Part shown: positions 9,096-18,524 of the stretch, in pieces
Position numbering within the stretch: the stretch's first letter is position 1
Layout of the letters: each line of letters opens with the position of its first letter
From: Chloroflexota bacterium
GTDB taxonomy: Bacteria > Chloroflexota > Dehalococcoidia > SM23-28-2 > RBG-16-64-32
Direction: 5' to 3'
Assembly: GCA_029262695.1 (NCBI GenBank)
Contig: JAJCYV010000004.1
Span: forward strand, 2,807-66,806
Length of the DNA: 64,000 nt
Translations under genes and position numbers: made by a program
The notes under the pieces: model-generated
Told to the model about the DNA's origin: nothing
What the model saw: only the letters and a program-made list of their open reading frames with translations
The model's database searches: none

Positions 9096-10024
9096 CCCGC
9101 GCCCTTCCCTGGCGGGCGCTCGCGCTCTTCCTCATCGTCGCCGGCGCCGCCCTCGCGGCCGGCTGCGGCGACGACGCTGATGACGCCTCCACCGAGATCA
9201 ACGTCGTGACGACGCTGCCGCTGTTCGCCGACATCGTCTCGAACGTCGGTGGTGAGCGCGCCGCCGCTGACTCGCTGCTGCCGCCGGGCGCAGACCCGCA
9301 CACCTTCGAGCCGTCTCCCAGCGACGTGCGAAAGATCGCCGAGGCCGACGTCATCTTTGCCAACGGCCTCGGCCTCGAACCGTCAGTCCTGCGCGTGATC
9401 GGCGCCAACATCTCCTCCGACGCCGTTCTCGTCGAGCTCGCCGAAGCGGCGATCAGCGCCGGTGTGTCCACCATTCCGACGACTGGACCGGGGGGCCCGG
9501 ACCCGCACCTCTGGATGGACCCCCGGATCGGACGCGAGTACGCCGCTATCGTCCGCGACACGCTGACCCTCGCCGATCCCGGTGGCGCCGAGGCCTACAG
9601 CGCCAGCTACGAAACGTACGCCGCGACGCTGGACGACACGGCACAGAACATGCGCGACGCTACCGCCGGTGTCCCGCCGGCTGACCGCCTGATCATCGCC
9701 ACGCACGACGCCTTCGGCTACCTGGCGCGCGCGGTTGACTTCGAAGTCGCCGGTTTCGTCGTGCCGGGCCCCGGCCAGGACGCCAGCCCGGCGGAAATCG
9801 CCGACCTCATCACGACGATCGAAGACCTCGGTATCCCGGCCGTCTTCACGGAGCCGCAGACGTCCCTGGAGACGCGGACGTTGGAGCAGATCGCCTCCGA
9901 CGCGGGCGCCGAGGTCTGCCAGCTGTACAGCGATGCGCTGGATGACACCGTCCGGACGTACGTCGAGCTGCTCCGCTTCGACGCCGAAGAGCTGGCGCGT
10001 TGCCTCGGAGGCAGCGGTGGCTGA
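9092..10024 (+). CDS. znuA: Metal (Zn/Mn) ABC-transporter substrate-binding lipoprotein, ZnuA/TroA family
   Basis: A GTG at 9092 overlaps the zur stop (GTGA). It has a signal peptide with lipobox (LAAGC) and conserved NVVTTLPLFADIVSNVGGE...DPHTFEPSPSDV...DPHLWMDP motifs. Confidence 0.8.
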   Translation: MTRALPWRALALFLIVAGAALAAGCGDDADDASTEINVVTTLPLFADIVSNVGGERAAADSLLPPGADPHTFEPSPSDVRKIAEADVIFANGLGLEPSVLRVIGANISSDAVLVELAEAAISAGVSTIPTTGPGGPDPHLWMDPRIGREYAAIVRDTLTLADPGGAEAYSASYETYAATLDDTAQNMRDATAGVPPADRLIIATHDAFGYLARAVDFEVAGFVVPGPGQDASPAEIADLITTIEDLGIPAVFTEPQTSLETRTLEQIASDAGAEVCQLYSDALDDTVRTYVELLRFDAEELARCLGGSGG

Positions 10025-10793
10025 GCAGGCAGACAGCCCCACGGCCTGGGCGCTGGACGTCCGCGGCGTCTCGGCCGGCTACGATGCTGACAAAGCGTTG
10101 GACGGCGTCACGTTCCGCATCGAGCCGGGATGTCTCGCCGGGCTCGTCGGTCCCAACGGCGCCGGCAAGTCGACGCTGATCAAGATCATCCTCGGCATGC
10201 TCAAGCCGTGGTCGGGCGAGGTATCCGTCTTCGGACGGGCCGGCAGGCCGCGAGCAGGCCTCGTTAGCTACACCCCGCAGGTCGACCTCGTCGACTGGGA
10301 GTTTCCGGTGACGGTCCGCGACGTCGTCCTGATGGGGCGGTACGGTAAGCTCGGCCTCGTCCGGCGCCCCGGCGCCCGCGACCGCGAGATCGCGGCGTCC
10401 GCCCTCGAACGGGTGCGTCTCACGGAGATGGCAAGCCGCCAGATCGGCGAACTCTCCGGCGGCGAGCGGCGACGGGCGCTGATCGCGCGGGCGCTGACGC
10501 AGCAGGGCGATCTGATGCTCCTGGACGAACCGTTCGCCGGCCTTGATGCCGTGGCGCAACACGACCTGATCAGCCTCTTCCAGAGCCTGGTGGAGGAGGG
10601 TAAGACGCTCTTCATCGCAACTCACGATCTCTCCTGTGTGGACGAGGACTTCGACCACGCGGTGCTGCTCAACAAGCACGTGATCGCCTTCGGCCGTCCC
10701 GCCGACGTCTTCACGCCCGAGTATCTGAACGAGGCCTACGAGCGGCACCTGATGGTCGTGCGCTCGGACCAGTCGACCTATATCGGGATCTAG
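10017..10793 (+). CDS. znuC: Metal ABC-transporter ATP-binding protein (ZnuC-like)
   Basis: A GTG start overlaps the znuA stop. Walker A (GPNGAGKST), the signature (LSGGERRR), Walker B (LLLDEPFAGLD) and the H-loop are all present. Confidence 0.8.
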   Translation: MAEQADSPTAWALDVRGVSAGYDADKALDGVTFRIEPGCLAGLVGPNGAGKSTLIKIILGMLKPWSGEVSVFGRAGRPRAGLVSYTPQVDLVDWEFPVTVRDVVLMGRYGKLGLVRRPGARDREIAASALERVRLTEMASRQIGELSGGERRRALIARALTQQGDLMLLDEPFAGLDAVAQHDLISLFQSLVEEGKTLFIATHDLSCVDEDFDHAVLLNKHVIAFGRPADVFTPEYLNEAYERHLMVVRSDQSTYIGI

Positions 10794-10796
10794 GGC

Positions 10797-11651
10797 ATGG
10801 ACGAGATCGTCGACTTCTTCCGCGAGCCCTGGACGTTCGAGTTCATGCGGCGCGGCCTCCTCGCCGCCGCGATCGTCAGCGCCGTGGCGGCGGTCGTCGG
10901 TTCGCTGGTCATCCTGAAGGGGATGGCGTTCATCGGCGACGCGCTTCCGCACGCCAGCTTCGGCGGTGTCGCGGTCGCCTTCGCGATGGGTGAGAACCTC
11001 TACATCGGCGGGGGCATCGCGGCGCTGGTGACGGCGCTGGCGATCGGCTACATCAGCCGTCGCGGCGTTATCCGCAACGACACGGCGATCGGCATCATCT
11101 TCGTCGGCGCCTTCGCGCTCGGCATCCTCATCGTCTCGCGGCAGGACAACTACACCGGTGACCTCTTCTCGTTCGTCTTCGGCAACGTGCTAGCCGTCAG
11201 CTGGAACGACGTCTGGCTGACGGCGGCCGTCGCGGCAGTCGTCCTCCTCGTCGTCTTGCTCTTCTACAAGGAGCTGCTGTTCAACGCTTTCGACCCCACG
11301 ATGGCAGAGGCGTCTGGCCTTCCCGTCGCCTGGATCGAGTACGGCCTGCTGGCGCTGCTGGCGCTCGTTACCGTGATCGCTCTGCAGACGGTGGGTATCG
11401 TGCTCGTCGTCGCGCTTCTCGTGACGCCCGCTGCGACCGCCCAGCTGCTGACGCGCCGCCTTTCGACGATGATGCTTGTCGGTGGCGCCATCGGCGTCGC
11501 CTCGTCCGTCGTTGGGCTCTACGTCGCCTGGCACGCTGACGTTTCCGCCAGCGCGGCGATCGTCCTCACCGCCACGGGCGCGTTCATCGCCGCGTTCCTC
11601 TTCGCGCCGGGGCGGGGCGCTGTCTGGCGCGGCGGCGCCGGCGGGTCGTAG
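10797..11651 (+). CDS. znuB: Metal ABC-transporter permease (ZnuB-like, ABC-3 family)
   Basis: It starts 4 nt after the znuC stop and has 8-9 transmembrane segments, typical of ABC-3 permeases. Confidence 0.8.
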   Translation: MDEIVDFFREPWTFEFMRRGLLAAAIVSAVAAVVGSLVILKGMAFIGDALPHASFGGVAVAFAMGENLYIGGGIAALVTALAIGYISRRGVIRNDTAIGIIFVGAFALGILIVSRQDNYTGDLFSFVFGNVLAVSWNDVWLTAAVAAVVLLVVLLFYKELLFNAFDPTMAEASGLPVAWIEYGLLALLALVTVIALQTVGIVLVVALLVTPAATAQLLTRRLSTMMLVGGAIGVASSVVGLYVAWHADVSASAAIVLTATGAFIAAFLFAPGRGAVWRGGAGGS

Positions 11652-11663
11652 TAGACTGGGCGC

Positions 11664-12194
11664 GTGTTCAAGGACATCGAAGGTTACCTGCGCTACTATC
11701 GCGGCCTGCACAAGCGGACCCTGCGGGACGTCGGCGCGCTGCCACCGGAGGCCGAGTCCTACAGGCCGGAGACGGGCGAGGGAGAGAACGCCTGGAGCAT
11801 CGGCGAGGTCGTCCGCCACATGTCCGGCTCCCGCCTCTACTTCTCCCGTGCCTATCGTGACGAAGGCTGGTACTTCGGCGACTCGATCCGCGAGTGCGAG
11901 TCGCAGGACGATTGGCTACCGGCGCTGGAGGAAAGCTTCGAGCTGTTCACGGGCCGTCTCGAAGGGACGCCCGCCGAGTGGCTCGATCGCAAGATCCAGA
12001 TGATCGACACCGACGGGACGCTGTCCGGTTGGAGACTCCTCATGATGTGCCTCGAGCACGAGGTACATCACCGCTCGCAGCTCGACACGTACGCCGGTCT
12101 GCGCGGCTGGGAGGTGCCGCAAATCTACGGCCGCTCGGCCGAACAGGTCGGCCTCCAGCGTGAACGCCAGCAGAACTTACACGACGCCAGGTGA
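11664..12194 (+). CDS. DinB-family protein (DinB_2; damage-inducible / thiol-transferase-like four-helix bundle)
   Basis: It contains [16 protein letters not shown]...[18 protein letters not shown] with a conserved His triad. Confidence 0.65.
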   Translation: MFKDIEGYLRYYRGLHKRTLRDVGALPPEAESYRPETGEGENAWSIGEVVRHMSGSRLYFSRAYRDEGWYFGDSIRECESQDDWLPALEESFELFTGRLEGTPAEWLDRKIQMIDTDGTLSGWRLLMMCLEHEVHHRSQLDTYAGLRGWEVPQIYGRSAEQVGLQRERQQNLHDAR

Positions 12195-12204
12195 GGAGTC
12201 AGAG

Positions 12205-12519
12205 ATGATCGTAACCACCACTCACGGAGTAGAGGGCAGGCCCGTCAGCGAGTACCTCGGCATCGTCGTCGGCGAGAGTATCATCGCCACCAACATCATT
12301 CGCGACATCGGCGCGACGCTGCGGGACGTCGTCGGTGGTCGCTCAGGAGCCTACGAGAAGAAGATGATCGAGGCCCGCGAGATCGCTGTTCGCGAGATGG
12401 AGGAGCTGGCCCAGGAGAAAGGCGCAGACGCGGTCGTCGGCGTTGATATCGACTACGAAACCGTCGGCAACAACATGATGATGGTCTCGGCCTCCGGCAC
12501 CGCCGTCAAGCTCGGCTAA
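12205..12519 (+). CDS. YbjQ/UPF0145-family protein
   Basis: The internal ATG ([26 protein letters not shown]...) is preceded by GAGGAG. The YbjQ family is typically about 105 aa. Confidence 0.7.
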   Translation: MIVTTTHGVEGRPVSEYLGIVVGESIIATNIIRDIGATLRDVVGGRSGAYEKKMIEAREIAVREMEELAQEKGADAVVGVDIDYETVGNNMMMVSASGTAVKLG

Positions 12520-12583
12520 GAGCCCGCTACCCGCCGCAGTCTCTCACAGCGCTCAGCCCGGCTTCTCAGCCCGTAGGGCAGCG

Positions 12584-12613
12584 CCGTCTTGACAGCGTGT
12601 GCTGGGCGGCATA
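12584..12613 (+). promoter_or_regulatory. Putative sigma70-type promoter (TTGACA-17-TAAGAC) with flanking inverted repeat (CCGTCTT...AAGACGG) upstream of the TetR-like ORF
   Basis: A perfect -35 hexamer sits in a GC-rich background. Coordinates are approximate. Confidence 0.35.
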
Positions 12614-12647
12614 AGACGGACTTGTCAGTACACCACAGAGCAAGTCC

Positions 12648-12875
12648 ATGCCTGAACAGACTACAGTGGCCCAGATTCGCGAACAGATCGTTGATGCGGC
12701 TATGGCATGCTTCACAGAGCGCGGATACGACCGAACGTCCGTTGATGACATCGCCGCCCGGTCAGGTCTCTCCCCGTCCGAGATCCACGATCATTTCGCG
12801 GACAAGGCCGAGATACGCCTGGCGGTGTCCAGCTTCATGTCGGAACTCCTCTCGGGATGGATGGCGTCGGCCTGA
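12648..12875 (+). pseudogene. Truncated TetR-family regulator: only the N-terminal HTH region (75 aa) is encoded
   Basis: VAQIREQIVDAAMACFTERGYDRTSVDDIAARSGLSPSEIHDHFADKAEI is a classic TetR_N. The ORF stops after 75 aa, whereas full TetR proteins are about 190-210 aa, so this is a probable remnant or a small HTH-only protein. Confidence 0.4.
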
Positions 12876-12909
12876 GGCCGGCCTCGCGCAGTCGTTCTCG
12901 GTCGGGTCG

Positions 12910-13923
12910 CTATTGTGGCTTCATCTCGCTGGAGTGGCCGGGGAACATGCGCGCCTCCGGGTCGATCTTCTGCTTGGCGGCGTTGGAGGCGATGGCTGCC
13001 TGCCCCAACCCCGTTACGATCAGGTTCAGCGGCACGCTGCCTTCGACGGCGGCGATGTCGCCGGCCGCGTAGACGCCCGGCAGGTTCGTCTCCATGAAGA
13101 CGTCCGTGCGGATGTGCCGCTTGTCCACCATCTCGAGGCCCCAGTTGGCGATTGGGCCCAGCGACGCCTTGAAGCCGATGTTGATGAGCACGATATCGAC
13201 GTCCAGCGTCCTTTCCTCGTTCGTGCGGTTCTCGTAGATCGTCGCCGTCTCAATGGCGTCGTCGCCGTCGATGCGCTTCAGTTCCCAGAACGTGTTGATT
13301 GGGATATCGGTCGCACGCAGCTCCGCCAGGTTGGCCTCGAGTGCGCGGAACCCGTCGCGGCGGTGGACGATCGTGATGCTGGCGGCCGAGTCCTTCAGGT
13401 TCAGCGCCCAGTCGACCGCTGTGTCGCCGCCGCCGATGATCAGGATCCGCTTGTCACGCAACGCCTGCTTATCCTCGACAAAGTAGTAGACGCCGTCGTT
13501 CAAGTACTTCTCGACGCCTGGCCGGTCCAGACGGTTGGGCTCGAACGCGCCGATGCCGGTGGAAAGAAGCACCGTGCGCGAGAGGTGTGCGTTCGAGGCT
13601 CCTCCGAGGCGCCAGACCTCCTCGCCGCGCACGTCCTGGCGGGTCAGCGTCTCCACGCATTCGTCAAAGACGTAAGTCGGCTCGAAGAACCGGCTCTGTT
13701 CGACCAGGAGCTTGACGAGGTCTTTCGCCAGCACCCCGGGGTGGCCGGGCACGTCGTAGATGAGCTTCTCGGGGTAGAGGACCGCCAGTTGGCCGCCGGC
13801 CTCGGGCAGCGCCTCGACGATCTTCGTCTTCATGCCGCGCATCCCCGCGTAGAAGGCCGCGAAGAGGCCGGTTGGGCCGGCTCCAATGATCGTAATGTCG
13901 TAGACGTTGTCGTCGTCAGCCAT
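12910..13923 (-). CDS. Thioredoxin-reductase-like ferredoxin--NADP+ reductase (YumC/FNR type 2 family), FAD/NAD(P)-binding
   Basis: It has YDITIIGAGPTGLFAAFYAG (the FAD GxGxxG), RILIIGGGDTAVDWAL (the NADPH site) and GVYAAGD. There is no CxxC redox pair, so FNR is more likely than TrxR. Confidence 0.8.
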   Translation of the reverse strand: MADDDNVYDITIIGAGPTGLFAAFYAGMRGMKTKIVEALPEAGGQLAVLYPEKLIYDVPGHPGVLAKDLVKLLVEQSRFFEPTYVFDECVETLTRQDVRGEEVWRLGGASNAHLSRTVLLSTGIGAFEPNRLDRPGVEKYLNDGVYYFVEDKQALRDKRILIIGGGDTAVDWALNLKDSAASITIVHRRDGFRALEANLAELRATDIPINTFWELKRIDGDDAIETATIYENRTNEERTLDVDIVLINIGFKASLGPIANWGLEMVDKRHIRTDVFMETNLPGVYAAGDIAAVEGSVPLNLIVTGLGQAAIASNAAKQKIDPEARMFPGHSSEMKPQ

Positions 13924-14025
13924 CCCTGTCCCCTTCTCTCATCGGATCGGTCCGGCCCTATCGTACCGATATGACGCGCTTGAGTCTGCCTTGCCGGATT
14001 CCCGCGCCGCTGTTACCTTCCGGGC

Positions 14026-14388
14026 GTGGACCCGATCGACAAGCTCCGCGAGATCTGCATGCAGTTCCCGGAGGCCCACGAGAAGGCGTTCGGCGGCCAC
14101 GATCCGCCTGCCTTCCGCGTCCGCGACAAGATGTTCGCGATGGTGTCGACGGGCGACGGCCACGTCTCCGTCTGGATGAAGGCGGGACCCGGCGCGCAGG
14201 ACGTGCTCGTCGGCGGCGACCCGGAGCGCTTCTTCGTCCCGCCCTACGTGGGCAAGAACGGCTGGATCGGCGTCCGCCTCGACGCCGGCGGCCTGCAGTG
14301 GGGAATGATCGAGGACCTCGTGAGCGACAGCTACCGCATGACGGCGCCGAAGCGGCTGCTCAAGCTGCTCGACGAGGCCGGGATCTAG
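14026..14388 (+). CDS. MmcQ/YjbR-family protein (predicted DNA-binding)
   Basis: It contains FGGHDPPAFRVRDKMFAMV...KNGWIGVRLD, characteristic of the YjbR family. Confidence 0.65.
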   Translation: MDPIDKLREICMQFPEAHEKAFGGHDPPAFRVRDKMFAMVSTGDGHVSVWMKAGPGAQDVLVGGDPERFFVPPYVGKNGWIGVRLDAGGLQWGMIEDLVSDSYRMTAPKRLLKLLDEAGI

Positions 14389-15938
14389 ATGGTGTCCATG
14401 TATTCGGCGATCGCGTCCAGGTGCACTCCCTTGACCGCGATCTCCGGCGCGTAGACGATCTCGTCCGCCGCCCAGACGAGCGTTGGCTTGCCCTCCCGCG
14501 TGACGCCGGTGACGTCGCCCAGCACTTTCATGATGTTGTCACTGATGCGCAGCGTGTTCGGCATGATCGGCTCGGCCAGGCGTCCGTCCTTGATCACGTA
14601 CGAATCAGCGATCACCGTGCCGGTGAAGTCGCCTGCTCGCAGGCCGTTCACCGGATACGTGTACCAGAGCCGCCCAATGTAGATCCCGTTGCCGGCGAGC
14701 CGGCAGATCGACTCCGTATCCGGGACGTCGCCCGGGATCAGGATGTTCGTCGCGTGGGCGCCGGGCTGCGTGTCGAAGTGGCGGCCGCCGCCCGTGCTGT
14801 AGCGGAAGCCGTTCCGCGGCGCGAAGGCTGCGGGCCAGTCTTTCGGGTCGGCGCCCAGCTTCGCCTTCGCGTCCGGGTCGTTCTGGATGCGCTGCGACTC
14901 GTACCAGTTCGAGAGCAGCCCCACGAGCTTGCCGTCCTTGACCAGCTCCGTGCGGCCCGTCGGCAGCCCCTCGCACGTGATCCCCTTCGAGCCCACGAGC
15001 CCGGCCGCGGCGCCGTCGTCGATGATCGAGAGCTTCGGCGAGGCGACCTGTCCCCCCAGCTTGCCCATGAACGGCGATGCCGCGGCGTAGAAGACGCCCG
15101 TGTCCAGCCCCGGCATCACGATGTGGTGGAGGATCTCCATCACCGCCTCGCGTCCGAAGACGACGTTGTAGTCGCCCGTCGGCAGCCGCACGCCGCCGAT
15201 TCCGGCGATCGCGTTCTGCGCCGCTTCCTTGCCGGCCTCGTCGGTGAAGTCGGCCAGCCGCGTCGCCGCCGCGTAGCCGCTGCCCTTCGCCTTCTCGCGC
15301 TCCACCATGGAGGTGATGAACGACATCACCATCGTCGTCTCGTCCGTCTGCGCCTCGGGCATCGCCGTCGAAACGGTGGCGATGCGCTCGCCGATCAGCG
15401 TCACGTCGCCGCCGACGATCAGGCCCAGCTCAGGCAGCTTCTCCGGCATGTCGACCAGCGTCGAGAGCGTCTCGGACTTCTCGAACACGCGCAGCGCCCC
15501 GTTGACGACCGTCCAGCCGGCGTCCGGCAGCGCGTCGTCCTTCACGTCCATGATCGCCGGGTCGTGGTAGTCCGTGAGTGTGCGCTTCTCGCCGGTCGGC
15601 CGCGGCAGCGACTTGAACTCAGGGTCGTCGGAGGCGCCGCGGCGGGCCTTCTCCAGCGCCGCGCGCACGCCGTCCGGGGTGATGTCGCTCGCCTCGGACC
15701 CGAAGCCGATCTTGCGCCGGCCGCCCTCGCGGAACACCGCCTGCACGCCGATCCCGAAGCTGACAACGGACTTCGGCTCCTCGACGCCGTTCGACGGGAT
15801 GTGCGAGGTGTAGTTGAGCCGCGCCAGCAGCAGGTTGTTCGCCGACGCAAACACCTCCGCCTCCTCGATGTCGTCCTCGCCGCTCAGCAGCGCCAGCCCT
15901 TCCTCGGCCGCCTTCTTCAGCTCATTCAGTGGGATCAT
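14385..15938 (-). CDS. TldD/PmbA-family metallopeptidase (peptidase U62), PmbA-like paralog
   Basis: The 517-aa protein carries the conserved C-terminal U62 region (GNGIYIGRLWYTYPVNGLRAGDFTGTV...). Confidence 0.8.
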   Translation of the reverse strand: MIPLNELKKAAEEGLALLSGEDDIEEAEVFASANNLLLARLNYTSHIPSNGVEEPKSVVSFGIGVQAVFREGGRRKIGFGSEASDITPDGVRAALEKARRGASDDPEFKSLPRPTGEKRTLTDYHDPAIMDVKDDALPDAGWTVVNGALRVFEKSETLSTLVDMPEKLPELGLIVGGDVTLIGERIATVSTAMPEAQTDETTMVMSFITSMVEREKAKGSGYAAATRLADFTDEAGKEAAQNAIAGIGGVRLPTGDYNVVFGREAVMEILHHIVMPGLDTGVFYAAASPFMGKLGGQVASPKLSIIDDGAAAGLVGSKGITCEGLPTGRTELVKDGKLVGLLSNWYESQRIQNDPDAKAKLGADPKDWPAAFAPRNGFRYSTGGGRHFDTQPGAHATNILIPGDVPDTESICRLAGNGIYIGRLWYTYPVNGLRAGDFTGTVIADSYVIKDGRLAEPIMPNTLRISDNIMKVLGDVTGVTREGKPTLVWAADEIVYAPEIAVKGVHLDAIAEYMDTI

Positions 15939-15971
15939 GCGGGTTCTCCTGTCCGGTTCGTTACATCCGTT

Positions 15972-16002
15972 CGCCCTGAGCGTAGTCGAAGGGTTTCGTC
16001 CG
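15972..16002. repeat. Repeat-family member (GCCCTGAGCGTAGTCGAAGGGTTTCGTCCGC) in the intergenic region between the PmbA-like and GIY-YIG genes
   Basis: It shares the GCCCTGAGCGT...AGTCGAAGGG string with the 37198..37278 unit. Confidence 0.4.
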
Positions 16003-16010
16003 CATCGCCC

Positions 16011-16301
16011 CTAATCGGTTTTTTCGCGGCTCCTGGCCAGAAGACGGACGCGATCCCAGTTCCCCATTATCATTGCTTCCTTCTTCGCCCTTGACCAGCC
16101 TTTGAGCTGCCGCTCGGCGGCAAGCGCCTCCTGTCGTGTCGGAAACTCCTCTGAGAAGACCAGCCGGACTGGCCTGCGGCCTTGAGTGTATCCGCTGACC
16201 TCGCCCGCGCGGTGCTGGGCCAGTCTACTCTCCAGGTCGTCCGTATGCCCAACGTAGTACGAGTAGTCTACGCAGCGGAGAATGTAGACGTAGAAGCTCA
16301 T
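16011..16301 (-). CDS. GIY-YIG nuclease-domain protein (UPF0213 family)
   Basis: FYVYILRCVDYSYYVGHTDDLESRLAQHRAG...GWSRAKKEAMI is the canonical GIY-YIG motif in a short standalone protein. Confidence 0.75.
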   Translation of the reverse strand: MSFYVYILRCVDYSYYVGHTDDLESRLAQHRAGEVSGYTQGRRPVRLVFSEEFPTRQEALAAERQLKGWSRAKKEAMIMGNWDRVRLLARSREKTD

Positions 16302-16362
16302 GTCTTGGCCCGCCGAGTCTGACGAAGCTCTTCGACAAGCTCAGAGCGAACGGCACGGGCGC

Positions 16363-18495
16363 TCATCGCGGCATCGCCTCCGCGCCGCCGCCGACTGTGA
16401 TCACGCAGCCGCTCGTGTAGGCCGAGGCGTCCGACGCCAGCCAGACCGCCGCGTCTGCGACGGCCTCCGGCGGCACCGTCGCCGTGCGGAAGATGCTGCG
16501 CTCGGCGTAGCGGGCCAGCGTCGCTTCCTCCGTCTCGCCGCGGCTCTCGGCGCGCTCCTTGACGAGCGAGCGGAAGAGCGGAGTGTCGATCGCGTCGGCG
16601 TTGATGTAGTTCGCCGTGATTCCGTGGCGGCCCAGCTCGTTCGCGGCGTTGCGCGCGTAGTGCACGAGCGCCGCCTTCGCTGCACCGTAGGCCGCAGCGC
16701 CCTCGCCCGGCGCGAACGCCGCCTTCGAGGCGTTGTAGATCAGCCGCCCGCCCAGGCCTGTCCTGAACCCGGCGCCAGCCGGAGTCGGAGTGGCTTGCGC
16801 GAGCATCACCTGCGAGGCGGCGCGTGTGGCGGCGACCGCGCCCTCATAGTGCACGCTCAGCTGCGCCCGCACCTCCTCGTCCGCCATCTCCGCGACCGGA
16901 TGTAGCCCCGGCGCTACTCCCGGCGAGTAGAACAGCACGTCGAGCCCGCCGAAGCGCAGGACAGCCTCGCGGACGGCGTTCTCCATCGCCGCCGGATCCG
17001 CGGCGTCGGCGACGACCGCGTGCGCTCGCTCCTCAGACGTCTCGTTGATCTCGTCCGCGGCGCTCTCCGCGCCTTCGAGGTCGAGGTCGGCGAGCGTCAC
17101 GTGCGCGCCCTCGGCCGCGAAGCGGATCGCCGTCGCCCGGCCGATGCCGCTCGCCGCGCCGACCACCAGCGCGACCTTCGCGTCCAGCGGCTTCGTTGCC
17201 TTGAGGCCGGTCGCGATCTTGCGCCTCTCCAGCGGCCAGTACTCCATCTCGCAGGCGTCGGCGTCCGATAGCGACTGGAACGCCTCGACCGCCTCTGCAC
17301 CGGCCATCGCCCGCAGCGTCGCCCTGTAGCACGTCGCCGCGACGAGCGCACTGCGCCGGTCCTTCCCCGCGAAGAACGCTCCGACGCCCGGCGCCGCGAT
17401 CACCTTCAGCCAGTCCGGGATCGCCTCGTCCTGCCCATTCGCGGCCAGGTAGCGTTCGTACTCCGCCCGGAAGTCGTGGAAGGCACTGGTGATTTCAGAG
17501 GGTCGGGCTTCAGCCCGACCGGCCTCCGCCGGAAGCACCAGCGGCCGCCGCCCGGCGCGCATGATGTGCTCCGGCGTCATCACGCCGCGCGCCGCCAGCT
17601 CCGCGAACCGCTCCGACGAGACCGCCTCCAGCACTTCCGGCGAATCGTCGAAGGCCAGCACCGTGCGCCAGGAGCCGGTGCGCTGCAGCTCGCCGCGGAT
17701 GATTGGGGCGAGGCGCGCGGCGGCGTCACGGCGTCCCGCGTCGTCGAGCGCGGGCCCAGCGCCGCCGAACGAGCGCTTGTCGCGCCCCGCCAGGTACTCC
17801 TCAGCGCGGCGGATGATCGATAGCAGGTTCGCGTAGCAGCCCTTCGCTGTGTCGCCCCACGTTGTCAGGCCGTGCTTCTCCATCACCAGGCCCGTCGCGC
17901 CCTTCGGGGGGCCGCCGGCGTAGCGTTCGGCCATGCCCGTCGCCAGCGGGAAGCCCGGGCGCAGGTACTCGAGGAACGCGACGTCCGCGCCGTAAACGCG
18001 CTCGACGTTCTCGCGCGCCGACGGCGTATCGCTGAGAGAGAGCGTGGCGACGTCGTGCGTGTGGGCGACGAAGCGCTGCGGGATGATCGAGTGCAGCGGC
18101 GTCTCGACGCTGGGCACCGGGTCGCGGTCCGCGAAGAGCATGCAGGCGCGCATGACCGCCATCATCTCTTCGTCCGAGACCGTCTCGCGTAGGGGCGACC
18201 GGCGGTCGCCCGAAACGGCGGTGGCGGTGCGGAGGGCCGTTGCTAGGCGGTCGCTGGAAAGGTGCGTGAACCCGGCCGCCGTGATCGTGCGCAGGTCCGT
18301 GCCGCTGCCTTTGACCGCCAGCGCCTCCACCCGCTCGCCGAAGACGTCGTCCTCCGCCAGCTTGACGGACGTGTTGCCGCCGCCCGGCTGTACCAGGTCG
18401 ACGTCGGCGCCGATCAGGTTCGAGAGGTAGACGACCTGCGAGATATCGTCCGGGCCGGCGTCATCGTCGCGCCAGAGGTCCTTCATGCGACCCAC
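16363..18495 (-). CDS. Bifunctional class II aldolase/adducin-domain plus short-chain dehydrogenase/reductase (rhamnulose-1-phosphate-aldolase/alcohol-dehydrogenase-like)
   Basis: The N-terminal roughly 440 aa is a class II aldolase-like domain. The C-terminal SDR domain has VALVVGAASGIGRATAIRFAAEGAHVTLADLD and the YNASKAA catalytic motif. The start may be the ATG 9 nt inside. Confidence 0.8.
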   Translation of the reverse strand: MGRMKDLWRDDDAGPDDISQVVYLSNLIGADVDLVQPGGGNTSVKLAEDDVFGERVEALAVKGSGTDLRTITAAGFTHLSSDRLATALRTATAVSGDRRSPLRETVSDEEMMAVMRACMLFADRDPVPSVETPLHSIIPQRFVAHTHDVATLSLSDTPSARENVERVYGADVAFLEYLRPGFPLATGMAERYAGGPPKGATGLVMEKHGLTTWGDTAKGCYANLLSIIRRAEEYLAGRDKRSFGGAGPALDDAGRRDAAARLAPIIRGELQRTGSWRTVLAFDDSPEVLEAVSSERFAELAARGVMTPEHIMRAGRRPLVLPAEAGRAEARPSEITSAFHDFRAEYERYLAANGQDEAIPDWLKVIAAPGVGAFFAGKDRRSALVAATCYRATLRAMAGAEAVEAFQSLSDADACEMEYWPLERRKIATGLKATKPLDAKVALVVGAASGIGRATAIRFAAEGAHVTLADLDLEGAESAADEINETSEERAHAVVADAADPAAMENAVREAVLRFGGLDVLFYSPGVAPGLHPVAEMADEEVRAQLSVHYEGAVAATRAASQVMLAQATPTPAGAGFRTGLGGRLIYNASKAAFAPGEGAAAYGAAKAALVHYARNAANELGRHGITANYINADAIDTPLFRSLVKERAESRGETEEATLARYAERSIFRTATVPPEAVADAAVWLASDASAYTSGCVITVGGGAEAMPR

Positions 18496-18524
18496 CAGAC
18501 GGTGTGCGCGTCGCCCTTCGCCAA

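Noticed and set aside
8740-9561. 273-aa minus-strand Arg/Pro/Ser-rich ORF
   Set aside because: It overlaps the Fur-family gene and znuA on the opposite strand and has no motifs.
13971-16094. 707-aa ORF on + strand, rich in Arg/Ala/Pro
   Set aside because: It is antisense to the well-supported TldD/PmbA-family gene. This is a typical high-GC shadow ORF with no recognisable domains.
17497-17521. Perfect hairpin GGGTCGGGC-TTCA-GCCCGACC
   Set aside because: It lies inside the aldolase/SDR coding sequence and is in frame. Without evidence of an insertion it is treated as coincidental coding-sequence structure.
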